Part shown: piece by piece, positions 24,001 through 35,447 of the stretch
Position numbering within the stretch: the stretch's first letter is position 1
Layout: each line of letters starts with the position of its first letter
Assembly (NCBI GenBank): GCA_020184695.1
Contig: JAANOX010000229.1
Coordinates: forward strand, 1-60,688
DNA length: 60,688 bases
Direction: 5' to 3'
Origin: Histomonas meleagridis 2922-C6/04-290x
Lineage: Eukaryota; Protista; Parabasalia
Notes under the pieces: model-generated
The model's database searches: none
The model's input: only the letters and a program-made list of their open reading frames with translations
What the model was told of the DNA's origin: nothing
Translations under genes and position numbers: made by a program

Positions 24001-27000
24001 GAAAGTAATCATAAAAATGAAACTGAAAAACAATTTCATGTTACATTTGATGGATTTAATATATTGTTTTATGAGAAAGATAATACAATTGCATATTTAA
24101 ATGCGGAAAAAATGGAAATTTTTATGATGAAATTAAATGAGGAAATGAAAGCTAAAATTACTTTTAATAAAATGTTTGGTCAACAAATATTTGACTGTAA
24201 ACTTTATGAGTTTTTGAATTTTAATGATGGACTTTCATTATTATATTATGGAAATAAAAATGAAAGCGAAATGAAATTAAATATATCAAATGGTTATCTT
24301 AAATTAACACGTGAAATTTATAAATATTTCTTAAGTATTACATCAAGAAATAAAACAAAAGAACCCAAAAATAATAATAAAAATGTTAAATCTTCTCTTA
24401 TTTTATCATTAAATAATTTCGAGTTAATACCAATAAATGAAAATCTCGAACAAATTGCAAACTTAAACTTAAATCTTAATACTATTAAAACAAGAAACGA
24501 AAACATTAAAACATTTGAAATGAATTCAACGTTTATTAAAGGTAATACATGGCTTAATAATAATGAAAATGAATTTTTGTTATTCAAAGAAGGATTTTAT
24601 TATAAAAAAGAAAATAATTTAATTACATTTAATACAAATTCCTTAAATTTTTCATTCGATTTATCATTTATTTCAAGTTTTTATAAAACTGTTTCTAAAA
24701 TATTATCAAATGATAAACCTAAAAAATCAAATTCATTAACAATTCCAAATAGTTTTAATATAAATATCAAAGAAGCAAATTTGAATTATTTTAACACAAA
24801 TATTAAATTTTTGATTTCGAATTTGAAGTTAATATTACATAATTCGAAAAAATTGGCAACGTTTTCATTCGATAAAATTAAATCATTTATCGATGCTAAA
24901 AAAGGCATCGAAATATTAAATGTTAATTCGATATTTTCTTTTGATCAATTAAATCAAATTGATGAATATGCATTTGAACAAATAAATCAACTTGAATTTG
25001 ATAAAACTAAAAACATAACTCCAATTAATAATATATTTATGAAGTTAAATATATCAAATATTAATTTCATATATAGTCATACATTCATAAAATTATTAAT
25101 AAAAACTTTTTTAGTAAAACAAATTCCGGAATTTCATTCAATAAATTTATTAATAAATAAAGAAATAACTGAAAAACTAAAAAATCGAATTAAACAAACA
25201 AAGAAAATCGAAATAATTAATGAAAATGTCGAAAATTCAAATAAAACTAAATCAAATATTCTGTTTAAAGGTTTGATTAATATTAATCAATTTGATATTT
25301 CATTACATTTATTGGAACAATTTGCAAAAGTTTCATTGTCAAATATTATTACTTCAATTGAGAATAAGAAATTCGATGCAGAAATTAAATCATTCCAAAT
25401 ATTTAACCATGAAACATCTTTAGTATATTCACCACCAAATTCAGAATTAATGAAATTTTCATATTTTAATAACGAATGTAATATAATATTAAGTGAATTA
25501 ATGTTAAATTTCGATTATAAATTTTATTTAACAATTTTAAATTATATAAAACGTTCGCCGATTTTTCTAAATAATCAAAGACAAACATCAAATTCTGGAA
25601 ATCAAAATAATAATAAGTTAAATATCAAATTATTAGTTAAAGAACCAAAACTTCGAATTATAATTCCAACTTCAATTGAATCAAATCGTTTTCCATTATT
25701 TAATCTTGATTTAAACTTTGAGTTAAAATTATCTAAAGATGGAATAGAATTAAATATTAATGATTTATCTTCTCATTTCTCAGATCAAATCTCAAATGTT
25801 CATTATTTGCCAATATTAAAACCGTTAAACATTACATTCAAACAAATAAATTCTGAAAACTCAATGGAATTAATTATTTCAAAAGTGTTCCTGACTCTAT
25901 CGGCAATTGATTTTGTACTTTTTGATAAAATGAGAAAAAGTATTCAAAAGTCAACCGAAATTATAACTTTTTCAGAGAGAAACGTTCAGACCGATAATAA
26001 ATCAAACAAAAAGAAATTTGGTAAAATTAAAATATCGACAGAAGAAAACCGATTAATTATATGTAAAGATAATCGTAGGACCTCACGATATATTCCAATG
26101 TTTGAGTTTGTTATTCCATCGATTAATTTTGAATTAAATAATGATGAGTCAGTTAATTCAATAATTACCACATTAAATCCATATATATCATATTTTAATG
26201 AAACTACAGGTTTATGGGACTTAATTATTGAGCCATTTAATCTCAAAATTTTTTCAATTTTGTCAACCAATAAATATGAAATTAAAGCTCAATTAGATGA
26301 AACATTAAAAATAAATTTACCGACAGTTGCATTAAAGCAATATTTAACATTATCAAAAGACATTAAAAAGAATTTAACAATGACTGATTTTGAATTTGTT
26401 GAATATCCACATTTCTGGATGATAAATTTATTAGGATCTGATATAATAATACAAACAAATGATAAACAAAACATCATATTAATTCATAAACAAAAGATAC
26501 CAATTTTCACAATTGATTTAAACACGACTATAACAATTGATTTTAATCAAAAACAATATAATATCATTCCAAATCATTTATTGTTTCCTACTTTATTAAG
26601 TAATGAATTATCTATTTCTAGAAAACCTTATAAAGGCGGAATTATAATGCAATTTAAGTCTCCATATGAATTTAAGAATTCGTTAGGAATTCAAATCGAT
26701 ATATATCAAAAAGAACAAACTGCATTTAAATATTATACTACATTAAAACCTAATTCATCATATCCAATATTTTTAAATAATCCAACAAGAAATGAATTTG
26801 TTTTCACTGATGGTAATTATAATAATCAAATTCGACATAACGTTATAAATATAAATTCTAAAACTATAAAATGTGATTCATTTAATATTTTCATAAATGG
26901 TAATTCGTATCCTGTTAATATATTAATATATAATGATACTTCTACTGCTACAAGAGTTTTTAATTTGGTGACTCCTTTGATGTTATCTTCAAATTTACCT

Positions 27001-29598
27001 GTTCCTTTACATATTAAAATCGAAGGATTCGAAGATAATATCATTTTAGGTCCTGAAGAAGAAAAACCTTTTCTACAAAACAAAAAATTTAAATGCGCTT
27101 TGTCACTTGACGGTTTTACTTTTTTGCCATTCGAATTAATTAATATAAATTCGAAATTAAAATTATTACAATGTTATAATCATTTGGCTGATGTAAATTC
27201 GTTTATTGTTGTTTCATTCGAAAATTTGGAAGAAATTCAACAAACAATTATCAAATTCTTCGTTCCTTGTATAATATTTAATAATACGACTTATAAAATT
27301 AATGTATATGATATAAATCAAAAAATTGTTGCAGAACCTCAAATTATTGCGTTTTGGTGTCCAAAAAATTATTTGAACGATAAGGAGCACTTAAGCGTAA
27401 ACCTCTCAATTGAGGGCGCGAAACCAGTTTTAGGTTATGATTGTTTAACTACAAGAAAGGATATCATTGAATTCCAATCAAATGATTCTGCTGATTGTAA
27501 ATATAAAATGAAAGTGGATGTCTCATTCAAAAGTAATGTATCAATAATTACAATTTCTCATTTATTAATTGTTCATAATAATTTGGACCTTCCTTTCGTA
27601 TTACAACCAGTAGAAAAAGATGGAACAGATGTGCTTTGTGACCCTTATATGATTGATCCTAATACTAAAAGTATAATAAGTTCAATGTCAACTAAAGGGA
27701 TGTTCATAATTTCAATTTCTGGATACTCAACATCTCCAATTCTAAACCTCATTTCAGAGTACAAAACAGTTTTCAAAATTAAGTCAACTAATGATACATA
27801 TATTTTAATACTTTTAGAAATTGTTGACGTTGGAACACACTTTGATGCTTACTTTAAACCCGTTCAGTTCCCATCACCTTTTGTTATAGCAAATTGTCTT
27901 AATACACAAATGATTGCATATCAAAATGATAAAGAATCAGCTTTTATTATTGAACCAAATTCAACATCTGTATATGCACTTGATGAACCATTTTCTTACC
28001 CATCTGTTATTGTTGAATTTGATGATCAGATTTTACATTTGTCATTAATATCCGAAACAGATTATATTCAAACAGAAGCGAAATTCAACGACAAACCAAT
28101 TTATACTGCAATTCTCAAAGAAGGAAATTATCAAATTATAACAATAACAACCGAAATACCACAAAAAGAAATTACTTCCTCAACAATATTTAAATTGGAT
28201 TTCGATCAAATTTTTGTGAGTTTAATCGATTTGAAAATGAGAGAATTTGCTTTGTTAAGTTTTAATAAATTTATTGCATCTATCGAATCAAATTCATATC
28301 AAAAAATTTTACAATGTTATATCGAATCAATTCAATTAGACGACCAAAGTGCACAAGCGCCGAGACCTGTCGTAATTATTGGAAGGAATAATAATGAAAT
28401 TCCATTTTTCAAATTAAATTCAATTTTTTCACAAGATTTGTCTACAATCATGTACACGTCAATTGTGTTCCAAAGAATAGATGTTGAAGTTGATTCATCT
28501 TTAGTTTCAGATTTGTATTATTTCTTGACTCAACTAAAAAGACCAATTAAAACAACAATTGTACCATTACAACCAAAACTAGTTGACCAAACTTCGAAAA
28601 TAATATCATGTAATTGGTTAGAAATGTCGTCAATAGATATGATATTAAGATATAATCGAAAAGGAGGAAGAAATGCTACTATCCATCAAATGATGAAGTA
28701 CTTAAAGTATGTTCCTAGCATTAAAGAAGGAAGGATATTGCTTCCAGGAATTGTCATTTCTGGTTTGCAAGATTCTGTCAAAGAAATCTCTCAAAAAGTT
28801 TTCATTGAATACAAAACCGCCGCCTTCAATCAAATCCTTCAAATGCTTGGAACAAAAGGAAAAATTTTATCCACATTCGGAATAACGTCAATGGTAGCAG
28901 ATATGCTTGGAATTAAGATGTGTTCTGATATGTCATCAGATATTTCAAGATTGATTGAAACACAAAGAGATACATTTGATAATAGAAGAGAATTAAATGG
29001 TGTATTTTCACAACAATCTTTAAACGCATTAGTTGAATTAATCAAAAATGCTTCTTTAACACCATCTTCTTTAACAATGGGACTCATCGAGAATGTAAAC
29101 TTCGGAATGCAAAATAAAGTATTGAATGGCGCCGGTTTCGGAAAAGGAGTTTTGGCACTTTTCACGGGATCGGTTAATCCGTTGAAAGACGTCGGTTTGA
29201 TGGTTGGGGTGTCCCGAAAAAGGTACCCAAGAGCATTCCTTAATAATGGAATTGGAGTTTTCGATGAATCCGTGAGTAAGTTCCAAAGCTTTGTCCAAAA
29301 GGATATACAAAATGAAACAATAAGATTGGCTATTAAGGGAGATACGCAAAATGTTTTCATTACTGATACAAATATTTACTTGGTATCAAATGATAACAAA
29401 ATTCGGTATATGAGAATTGCTGATCTGATTTTGCTAAAGGTGGAAGGAAAGTTCGTGGTGGTAAAGGGTGTAAACTCGAAAGAAGAAGTGAAATTAGAAA
29501 CAGAAAATGAAGAAGAAGCTGTAAGAATAGAACTTGCATTAAGCTCAATGAGAAATATGATCCGGTTATTTGGATTCTCACTTCTAGTGGAATCTTAA
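21100..29598 (+). CDS. VPS13: VPS13-family lipid transfer protein
   Basis: 2832 aa. The chorein N-terminus is MLETVVSKFIAKYLKQYIETLSRSQMEMEIWKGKAVFENLSLK. Repeated VAB-like segments and a C-terminal RYPRAF/PH-like region follow. Confidence 0.9.
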   Translation: MLETVVSKFIAKYLKQYIETLSRSQMEMEIWKGKAVFENLSLKSTALSSHGLPFKVKMGTIKSIYLNFPWKKLNSQACIVEVSDVFILLNLDLDILIKGDLQAKQSAIHTYGSLTKEEEKGTWQSFINTVIDNARINIKNIHIKLEIPHDCGYYTFGIIIPELTLFTVDDNNIPLLKVVKKANKLRKRLNLNGLSVYLDTMCIEETSLTNFSENMKNEIDSNEHQFLLNPFFIECILLHTRNVPDMLKNIIEITSPTLKFSFDLLQCKAINELIGRWNFFNNRRKFSSCLRPKEFEETQYWLYFTRCALRKLKPNKFNPSIALKILKNRKSYLKLYRKKIENKIPHPILKNKIKSIEKKVGETASLFLREYAEAVIQKEISAKDSGLTALDLSELKKLIKTTDKFFDSTSFSIILNVPLFQIDLVYSTLAPLCKFTILQIESKLKSIKDGATFQMNVQDMLIDSYINNSFRSIITTENKNENESFLSIDTKIPATNEPLSMEILINNIKTIFDIDTIHSILDFFNLGKKNNKNNKKNNNNDITMINRIDIAQQLKRLLYFKNHLLNLKMNGISFVYPFVYNENSSEIKFSISDISISKAAVGLLTYDAPEIKMDFNIQFYIDDFLLDKISLLKRFKFDFIFSFTFFNHIDKVILNSFFGISNISIDFGSEILKILRSALIYSKFAELNYQENSILGIKHDKPKTKTIISFNNLQTNIDMELNEMRIYLNDVNSCFNVKDIKAKYKIFDGKTSSLFSIGLLSLIEDNIPLISLPSNSTNLIISQENDVSPFVISLNLNDFNMLIDLDKYKNIYTKLMNIMNSFKSEVIKILKLNKENENVKNDLIKFNDKTESIKNKEFVIQNKEKIVVEKDKKFVFILTFGNLKFEISDIEGNFYLNIEKIIFNEQIEFNNLTLNRNNHSIIKNSTFKLDLNNFHFPLIEIEYEPTDLDAFLRIFNDISSFSSNDNKESNHKNETEKQFHVTFDGFNILFYEKDNTIAYLNAEKMEIFMMKLNEEMKAKITFNKMFGQQIFDCKLYEFLNFNDGLSLLYYGNKNESEMKLNISNGYLKLTREIYKYFLSITSRNKTKEPKNNNKNVKSSLILSLNNFELIPINENLEQIANLNLNLNTIKTRNENIKTFEMNSTFIKGNTWLNNNENEFLLFKEGFYYKKENNLITFNTNSLNFSFDLSFISSFYKTVSKILSNDKPKKSNSLTIPNSFNINIKEANLNYFNTNIKFLISNLKLILHNSKKLATFSFDKIKSFIDAKKGIEILNVNSIFSFDQLNQIDEYAFEQINQLEFDKTKNITPINNIFMKLNISNINFIYSHTFIKLLIKTFLVKQIPEFHSINLLINKEITEKLKNRIKQTKKIEIINENVENSNKTKSNILFKGLININQFDISLHLLEQFAKVSLSNIITSIENKKFDAEIKSFQIFNHETSLVYSPPNSELMKFSYFNNECNIILSELMLNFDYKFYLTILNYIKRSPIFLNNQRQTSNSGNQNNNKLNIKLLVKEPKLRIIIPTSIESNRFPLFNLDLNFELKLSKDGIELNINDLSSHFSDQISNVHYLPILKPLNITFKQINSENSMELIISKVFLTLSAIDFVLFDKMRKSIQKSTEIITFSERNVQTDNKSNKKKFGKIKISTEENRLIICKDNRRTSRYIPMFEFVIPSINFELNNDESVNSIITTLNPYISYFNETTGLWDLIIEPFNLKIFSILSTNKYEIKAQLDETLKINLPTVALKQYLTLSKDIKKNLTMTDFEFVEYPHFWMINLLGSDIIIQTNDKQNIILIHKQKIPIFTIDLNTTITIDFNQKQYNIIPNHLLFPTLLSNELSISRKPYKGGIIMQFKSPYEFKNSLGIQIDIYQKEQTAFKYYTTLKPNSSYPIFLNNPTRNEFVFTDGNYNNQIRHNVININSKTIKCDSFNIFINGNSYPVNILIYNDTSTATRVFNLVTPLMLSSNLPVPLHIKIEGFEDNIILGPEEEKPFLQNKKFKCALSLDGFTFLPFELININSKLKLLQCYNHLADVNSFIVVSFENLEEIQQTIIKFFVPCIIFNNTTYKINVYDINQKIVAEPQIIAFWCPKNYLNDKEHLSVNLSIEGAKPVLGYDCLTTRKDIIEFQSNDSADCKYKMKVDVSFKSNVSIITISHLLIVHNNLDLPFVLQPVEKDGTDVLCDPYMIDPNTKSIISSMSTKGMFIISISGYSTSPILNLISEYKTVFKIKSTNDTYILILLEIVDVGTHFDAYFKPVQFPSPFVIANCLNTQMIAYQNDKESAFIIEPNSTSVYALDEPFSYPSVIVEFDDQILHLSLISETDYIQTEAKFNDKPIYTAILKEGNYQIITITTEIPQKEITSSTIFKLDFDQIFVSLIDLKMREFALLSFNKFIASIESNSYQKILQCYIESIQLDDQSAQAPRPVVIIGRNNNEIPFFKLNSIFSQDLSTIMYTSIVFQRIDVEVDSSLVSDLYYFLTQLKRPIKTTIVPLQPKLVDQTSKIISCNWLEMSSIDMILRYNRKGGRNATIHQMMKYLKYVPSIKEGRILLPGIVISGLQDSVKEISQKVFIEYKTAAFNQILQMLGTKGKILSTFGITSMVADMLGIKMCSDMSSDISRLIETQRDTFDNRRELNGVFSQQSLNALVELIKNASLTPSSLTMGLIENVNFGMQNKVLNGAGFGKGVLALFTGSVNPLKDVGLMVGVSRKRYPRAFLNNGIGVFDESVSKFQSFVQKDIQNETIRLAIKGDTQNVFITDTNIYLVSNDNKIRYMRIADLILLKVEGKFVVVKGVNSKEEVKLETENEEEAVRIELALSSMRNMIRLFGFSLLVES

Positions 29599-29707
29599 TT
29601 TTTTTTATTTGTAAATATTTTATTTGTAAAATCTTTCCATTAATGCCGATCAAAAAACATTCAATATTGTGAGTTTTACATTAAAGTGAACAGCCCAAAG
29701 TAAGTAA

Positions 29708-30493
29708 ATGTCTTCATTCTTAAATCCTTGGAATAAAATAGTAAAAAAAATCAAAAATACAAAAGATAAAAGGAACCCTAAATCAGATTCAGTAAATCAG
29801 GAGAATAGCTTTGTTGGTTTGCCTGAAAATAATTTTGATGCAAACAATGTTCCGCCATCAAGCTTTAGGAAATCAAGTGCAGCTGAGGGAAGCTTCATTG
29901 AGTCAAAGCCATCACTTCGGCCAATGATCTCTCCTTCCAATTCTTTCAAGCAATTAAATGAACAAAATAAAAGTGATCTACTCTTTTCACAAACAAAGAC
30001 CAGAAATCAGGGAAGACGTGATTCAACAAAGCAAAAATTTAATCGCAAATTAATTTTACCACAAAGACAAGAAAGCCCTTTATATCCCCAAACACCTATC
30101 ACCGAAACGACGCCAATAAGTCAAGTTCTATCAGAGAAGTTATCTCTTCAACTTCCAATTGATGAGTTAAATATATCACTGACACAATCTAATGTTCTCC
30201 TTTCTATAACATCAGACAAGATTAGTTCACTTGAAGACTCATTGGCATTGTCCGAGAAGATCATAGAAAACAATAATTATGAAATCCAGGAGATCAAAAA
30301 GAAGTCACAATTATTGGTTCAGACAGCAGAAATAGCAAATGAAAAGCTCAGAGTTCTTGACAGAAAAATCGATAATGTCGTTTTCCAAACGAAAAATGGC
30401 TTTTCGCAGGTTATAAGTTTTTTTGTTTCCGTTTTTTCTTTTTTGCAAGTGCTTTTTCTGCTTATTTGGGAAAATTTTGCGACAAAAAAGTAA
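29708..30493 (+). CDS. Hypothetical tail-anchored coiled-coil protein
   Basis: 261 aa with a disordered N-terminus, a coiled coil (ISSLEDSL...LDRKIDNV) and a C-terminal hydrophobic segment VISFFVSVFSFLQVLFLLIW. Confidence 0.7.
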   Translation: MSSFLNPWNKIVKKIKNTKDKRNPKSDSVNQENSFVGLPENNFDANNVPPSSFRKSSAAEGSFIESKPSLRPMISPSNSFKQLNEQNKSDLLFSQTKTRNQGRRDSTKQKFNRKLILPQRQESPLYPQTPITETTPISQVLSEKLSLQLPIDELNISLTQSNVLLSITSDKISSLEDSLALSEKIIENNNYEIQEIKKKSQLLVQTAEIANEKLRVLDRKIDNVVFQTKNGFSQVISFFVSVFSFLQVLFLLIWENFATKK

Positions 30494-32654
30494 TCAAAAT
30501 AATTATTATTTTTGTAAATAAATATTAATTAATGGTTAATTAGTTTTTGTTCACATTAATACATTTGTTTGTGAATTGTTTTTGTTCACATTAATATATT
30601 TGTTTGTGAATTGTTTTATATTACTAATTCATTATGTAAAATATTTTTTAACATTTCTAAAATTAAACTTAAATAATTGACTTAATGGTATTTGGGTTAC
30701 ATTCAAAAAATATTTTATAGAAATGCATTTATAAGAACTTTTCTGAAAATAGATAATATTTATTATTTAGATCCATTTCATCATGGAAGCTATTTTGATT
30801 CCTTCTTAATAAAATGTGATAAAAGATAACAAATATCTATTCTTAATTCATCAAAATACATTTGTTGCAATTAATAACTATAATTAATATTGCTTCTGTC
30901 TGTACTTTTTTAATTATATTATATGTGAATATCCAAAACATTAATAAGTTCAATCACTCATTCACGAGTTAGAACATATGTTCTATCTAATGTATACTTT
31001 CTCATGTATTCAGATTCATAAGAACTAATATATATACAGCAGTATATGTACCATCATACACATATTTTATTTTATATGCATTGTTATATACAATTCAATG
31101 TTATAGACATATACTCATGTATTTTATTAAATTATATATGGTATATAACATATAAATCTGGCAAAAAGTGATTCCGAAGAATTTCGAAGGAAATAAATTC
31201 GGTTCCGAAGAATTTATGAAATATTCCAATGTTTATGCTGAAGTATTAAATCGATGGAATTTGTTTAAACCTTTTTGGAGAAAATGTTAAATGAATTAAG
31301 AAAAAATAAATCAAATGAATCATCAGAAATCGTGAATGCAATACAATATGCAATTTTTAGATTATTGGACGCAAAGTTTGCATTGGATGGCGACCTTTTA
31401 TATCATTGTTATCACCGTGTGCTACGAATAGCGTTGAAACTTTGTCTGAGAGTTAGAAAATTGGTTCCAATGATAATTGTCCCACAAATTGAAGAAATAA
31501 CAAGGATAACAATACTCTGAGTCCTTGTTATTTAACAAAAATATTCTTTAACTCTTTAATAAATCCAAAACTCATTTTTCAAAATGTATCAACAAATATG
31601 GATGAAGATCCATTTGCTGATGATTTTGAATAAGAAAAATTTCTCAATCATATTTAAAAATTAGTAAAAATAAATATTTTATATATAAAATAAAAATAAT
31701 ATTTTTAAGATTTTAAAATATTGTTGTGATTATTTCATATTCATTTCTTTTAGAACAAAAATACTTTTCTTGTGAGTAATATATAAACAATGTGAAAAGC
31801 TGAAAATTTAAATAAGTATGGAAAAAAAGATTATTATTACATATTTGAACTTAACAATTTTTAATGATATTAATCATAAACATTTTGATATATTATATTT
31901 AAACAGATCAAAACTTTTGTTGTGCATTTAGTATGCTTCTGATATAATTAATTTATATGTTTCCCATAACGATATGATCACAAAATAATATATTATTGAG
32001 TTGTAACTCCATATTAAATTTAATTAAATTTAATAATAACCTCGAGCTGAAAAAAATATTTTAATATTTTCTTTTTTAGTAAATATTTCAGAAATTCTTT
32101 TGTTCTTTAACTAAAGGATAACTTTAAATTGATATCGTCATATTTAAAATTTTTTCTAATATTCATGAAGAAGATCAAAGTTTATACACATTAATAAATT
32201 ATAGAATCATCTTGTGCAACTTTCTTTATGTAATTGTTTAATATAATTATATAGAGAAAAATTAATGATATATAATTTTTAATCGAAATAATCTCAAAAT
32301 ATAATATACTACGATTTTTTGCTTTTCAAGCTGAAAATAACTCAATAGCGAAATCAAATCTACTTAATTAGGTATTTTTAAACATATGCTGGAAAAAATT
32401 ATAATAAAAAAAAAATCAAGGAATTTAACGAACTAAGTCATCATAAATTCATTGTCGTATAAATTATTTCAATAATAAGCCAACAAAATATAAAGCTTAT
32501 CATGGAACCAATCAAATAAAAACTTTTAACGTGCGTTCGCTTTAAAAAAGTAAAAATTGTGCTAAGTTGAAAAGTGTCCGATTTGACTGCTTGTGGTGGT
32601 AAATTGTAAAGTTTATATGCGATACTTTTTGATAGGATTACAAATCATTGCTTA

Positions 32655-34130
32655 ATGAGCCAATCGCTAGGAATAAGAAGTAGTGAAGATGACAACGCCG
32701 TATTAAAATCAATAGGTGGAGATATATCAAGCTATCGAGATCAACTTATGCGTGAAAGAAATGCAAGGACGTTAAATTTAAGAAGATCAAATCGCCCAAC
32801 AATTGCAAAGTTTCTTAGCAAAAATTCAAGCAAAAGCCCTAATTCACCATTGCTCGTTGATACATCTAATTTCCCTTTTCTTGATCCAGCTTATGCAATA
32901 TCTCAACTCAGAACATCAAATCCCATCAAATTACGAGAAATGTTAAACAGCCTTTTACTTTGTATGCATCAGACGCCTCGTTTAGCTAACAATCTTCTAA
33001 AAAATCCAGAATTACCAGAAGCATTTATTGATGCACTTAATTCAGGTTTTCCCGAAGATTTAAATATCTTAATAATGAAAACAATTATAGTTATATTTCC
33101 ACATTCACCCGAAGTACAAGATATTTACATTGATTCAGGTTTATGTATGTGCTTATTTGATTTCCTTAGTTCCCAATCTTTACCACTTCTTGAAGCATCA
33201 ATTGCATTAGTTGACACCATTTCTGAATCTTCTGGGTATGGGCGTGATTCTGTTTTATGTCTTGGTCTTCATACATTTATTATTGAAATTGCCAAATCCG
33301 AAATCAACGAACAAATCACAGTTCAAGCATGTGAGTCTCTTAGCAAAATCTTTTCTAACAAACAACATATTGATTCAAATACATTAACGTCATGTGTTGA
33401 ACCTATTGCCGAATTACTTTCTCTTCATTCAGTTCATGCGGTTTATATCATTCTTGCCTGTTTTATTTCCATGACCAACAAGTTACCAGCTCTTGTTTTC
33501 AATATGTATGATTTGAATTTATTTCCTGTCATTGTTAACTTTCTTCATAATCCCGAGTTGATAGGTATGGCCCTTCCACTCATAGGTAACCTTAGTGTTG
33601 GTCAATCTTTTCACATTAAGACGCTTCTTGACTGCGGTCTGTTTCCACTTTTGATGCAGTTAATCCAAACCGAATTCACTGCGGACGTTTATTGGGTCCT
33701 TTCAAATATTCTGGAGTCTGTTCCACAAATGACGATAGGGCTTTTCAATCCAAATTTTGTCGCACAAACGGTCGAAATTGCGATGACCTCGTCTTTCGAG
33801 GTCAAGAAGGAAGCAGCCTTCTTTATTGCAACTCTTATGTTGTTCACACAGAATGCAGATTTGAAATATTTCAAAAATGAAGACGTCGTAGATTTGATGA
33901 TTGAGATGTTAGGATGTTCATCAAATTTAATAGTGTTAAGATGTTTGGATGCACTATTAAGATTTGTGCACGTAAATAGCACAACAGGCGATGAGGAATT
34001 CTTGTCGCTGTTACAGACAAAGGACTTATACAACCCATTAAATAATTTGATCGAACGCGGGTCGCATATGATCAAAGAAAGGGCAGAGTTCTTACTGTGT
34101 AATTTGGACGCAACAAAATCGGTGATTTAG
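32655..34130 (+). CDS. Importin-alpha-like ARM-repeat protein
   Basis: 491 aa with an IBB-like basic N-terminus (RDQLMRERNARTLNLRRSNR) and ARM-like repeats (LPLIGNLS, VYWVLSNI, VKKEAAFFIA). An Inr-like TCATT lies 9 nt before the ATG. Confidence 0.75.
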   Translation: MSQSLGIRSSEDDNAVLKSIGGDISSYRDQLMRERNARTLNLRRSNRPTIAKFLSKNSSKSPNSPLLVDTSNFPFLDPAYAISQLRTSNPIKLREMLNSLLLCMHQTPRLANNLLKNPELPEAFIDALNSGFPEDLNILIMKTIIVIFPHSPEVQDIYIDSGLCMCLFDFLSSQSLPLLEASIALVDTISESSGYGRDSVLCLGLHTFIIEIAKSEINEQITVQACESLSKIFSNKQHIDSNTLTSCVEPIAELLSLHSVHAVYIILACFISMTNKLPALVFNMYDLNLFPVIVNFLHNPELIGMALPLIGNLSVGQSFHIKTLLDCGLFPLLMQLIQTEFTADVYWVLSNILESVPQMTIGLFNPNFVAQTVEIAMTSSFEVKKEAAFFIATLMLFTQNADLKYFKNEDVVDLMIEMLGCSSNLIVLRCLDALLRFVHVNSTTGDEEFLSLLQTKDLYNPLNNLIERGSHMIKERAEFLLCNLDATKSVI

Positions 34131-34451
34131 ATATGATTTGTTATATCTTATTAAATATTATAAATTTCATTCTATTTTTTAAAAATTGTGTACTAGTGTA
34201 ATGGTAATGATTTGCTTATAAATTCCTTTCTTTGTGTTTCATTTGAAATTTGGTTCTAACAATAATTAATTATTATGTTTTGCCAAATTTTTTGAAGGTT
34301 ATTCCATGTACCAGATTGCATTAATGGCACCGAAAATAATGTTATATAATAAATTTGGGAGGTTGAAATAAGTCCAAAAGTAGCATTGCATAATATTTCA
34401 TATCACATGTCAGTAATATTGTTTATCTTTTATGAAATAAAAAAAATTTAT

Positions 34452-35447
34452 CTAATTATTTATGTTCACAGTTACTATTTCGCCAGTTTCCACATTTTGT
34501 ATTTGAAATGTATCACTTTTTTGCTCTTTCATTTTCGATCTAGCATGCGTTGGTGGCAAGTTACCGCTTTTCCTAAACACATAATACGAGTAAAGACTGA
34601 TAACTTGCCACTCCTCTTCTGTCATTTCTGCATTTTCCATTCCGAGCCTCATAAGTAACTCACTAAAAAGCTTTTTCATATGTGGAAACGAAGTCATACA
34701 GACGTGATAGTAATCTTGAAACGGCATTGTTTCGATGAGTTCACATTTTTGTTCATGGAAAAGAGACGCCATTACTTGTGGATGCACCAAATATTCAGCG
34801 CAGTTGTCGACTGATTCAACTAAATTGAATACATATTCGGCACCAAAAATTGGTATGTCATCAAGATCAAAATGACGTTCAATATAGTAAAGGGAATTGC
34901 CAATTTGCCTTTGATCTGGATATTGTCGAAGTAATTTCACTATACGACATGCATTTGGAATTGTTAATAAGACGTAACCACCGGGATGAAGGCGATCACA
35001 AAGATTAGAAATGGCTGAACGTGCTGTGGTTTCATCACGAAATGCATAATGAAAGGCAAATTGACATGAACTTATATGAAAGCGGATATCTTGTGGAAGA
35101 ATGTCTGTCATACGACATGAAAATATATCACCAGAATAAAAAAGGGCATTACATGACCTCTCAACTTTTTTGTATTTCTCATAAGCACGCTTTAAAGAAT
35201 CAAATGATATATCTCCAAAAACAAATTCATTGGGATCTTTTCTTTTCCACTTCGGAATATCACCACCTTTCCCACATGCACAATCAAAAATTGAAGCATA
35301 TTTTGGACAATATTGATCAATGAGAACACTTTTCATCCAGTTGTTGAATTGCCTTAGATGGATAATTTTGGAGCTTTGTCTTTCTTTTACAGTACCAAAA
35401 GTATTTTGTGCAATCCCATCATAAGCTACTGCTACATCCTTCTGCAT
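34452..35447 (-). CDS. RNMT: mRNA cap guanine-N7 methyltransferase (Abd1/RNMT)
   Basis: LRQFNNWMKSVLI, DCACGKGGDIPKW, SCQFAFHY and EYLV are the conserved cap methyltransferase motifs. Confidence 0.93.
   Translation of the reverse strand: MQKDVAVAYDGIAQNTFGTVKERQSSKIIHLRQFNNWMKSVLIDQYCPKYASIFDCACGKGGDIPKWKRKDPNEFVFGDISFDSLKRAYEKYKKVERSCNALFYSGDIFSCRMTDILPQDIRFHISSCQFAFHYAFRDETTARSAISNLCDRLHPGGYVLLTIPNACRIVKLLRQYPDQRQIGNSLYYIERHFDLDDIPIFGAEYVFNLVESVDNCAEYLVHPQVMASLFHEQKCELIETMPFQDYYHVCMTSFPHMKKLFSELLMRLGMENAEMTEEEWQVISLYSYYVFRKSGNLPPTHARSKMKEQKSDTFQIQNVETGEIVTVNINN

Noticed and set aside
30543-30617. 35-bp two-copy tandem repeat after the 29708-30493 gene
   Set aside because: The repeat is real but looks like a simple slippage duplication, with no sign of function.
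31275-31520. 81-aa ORF
   Set aside because: It has a TTG start and is isolated in AT-rich intergenic DNA. It may be a remnant, but this cannot be supported.
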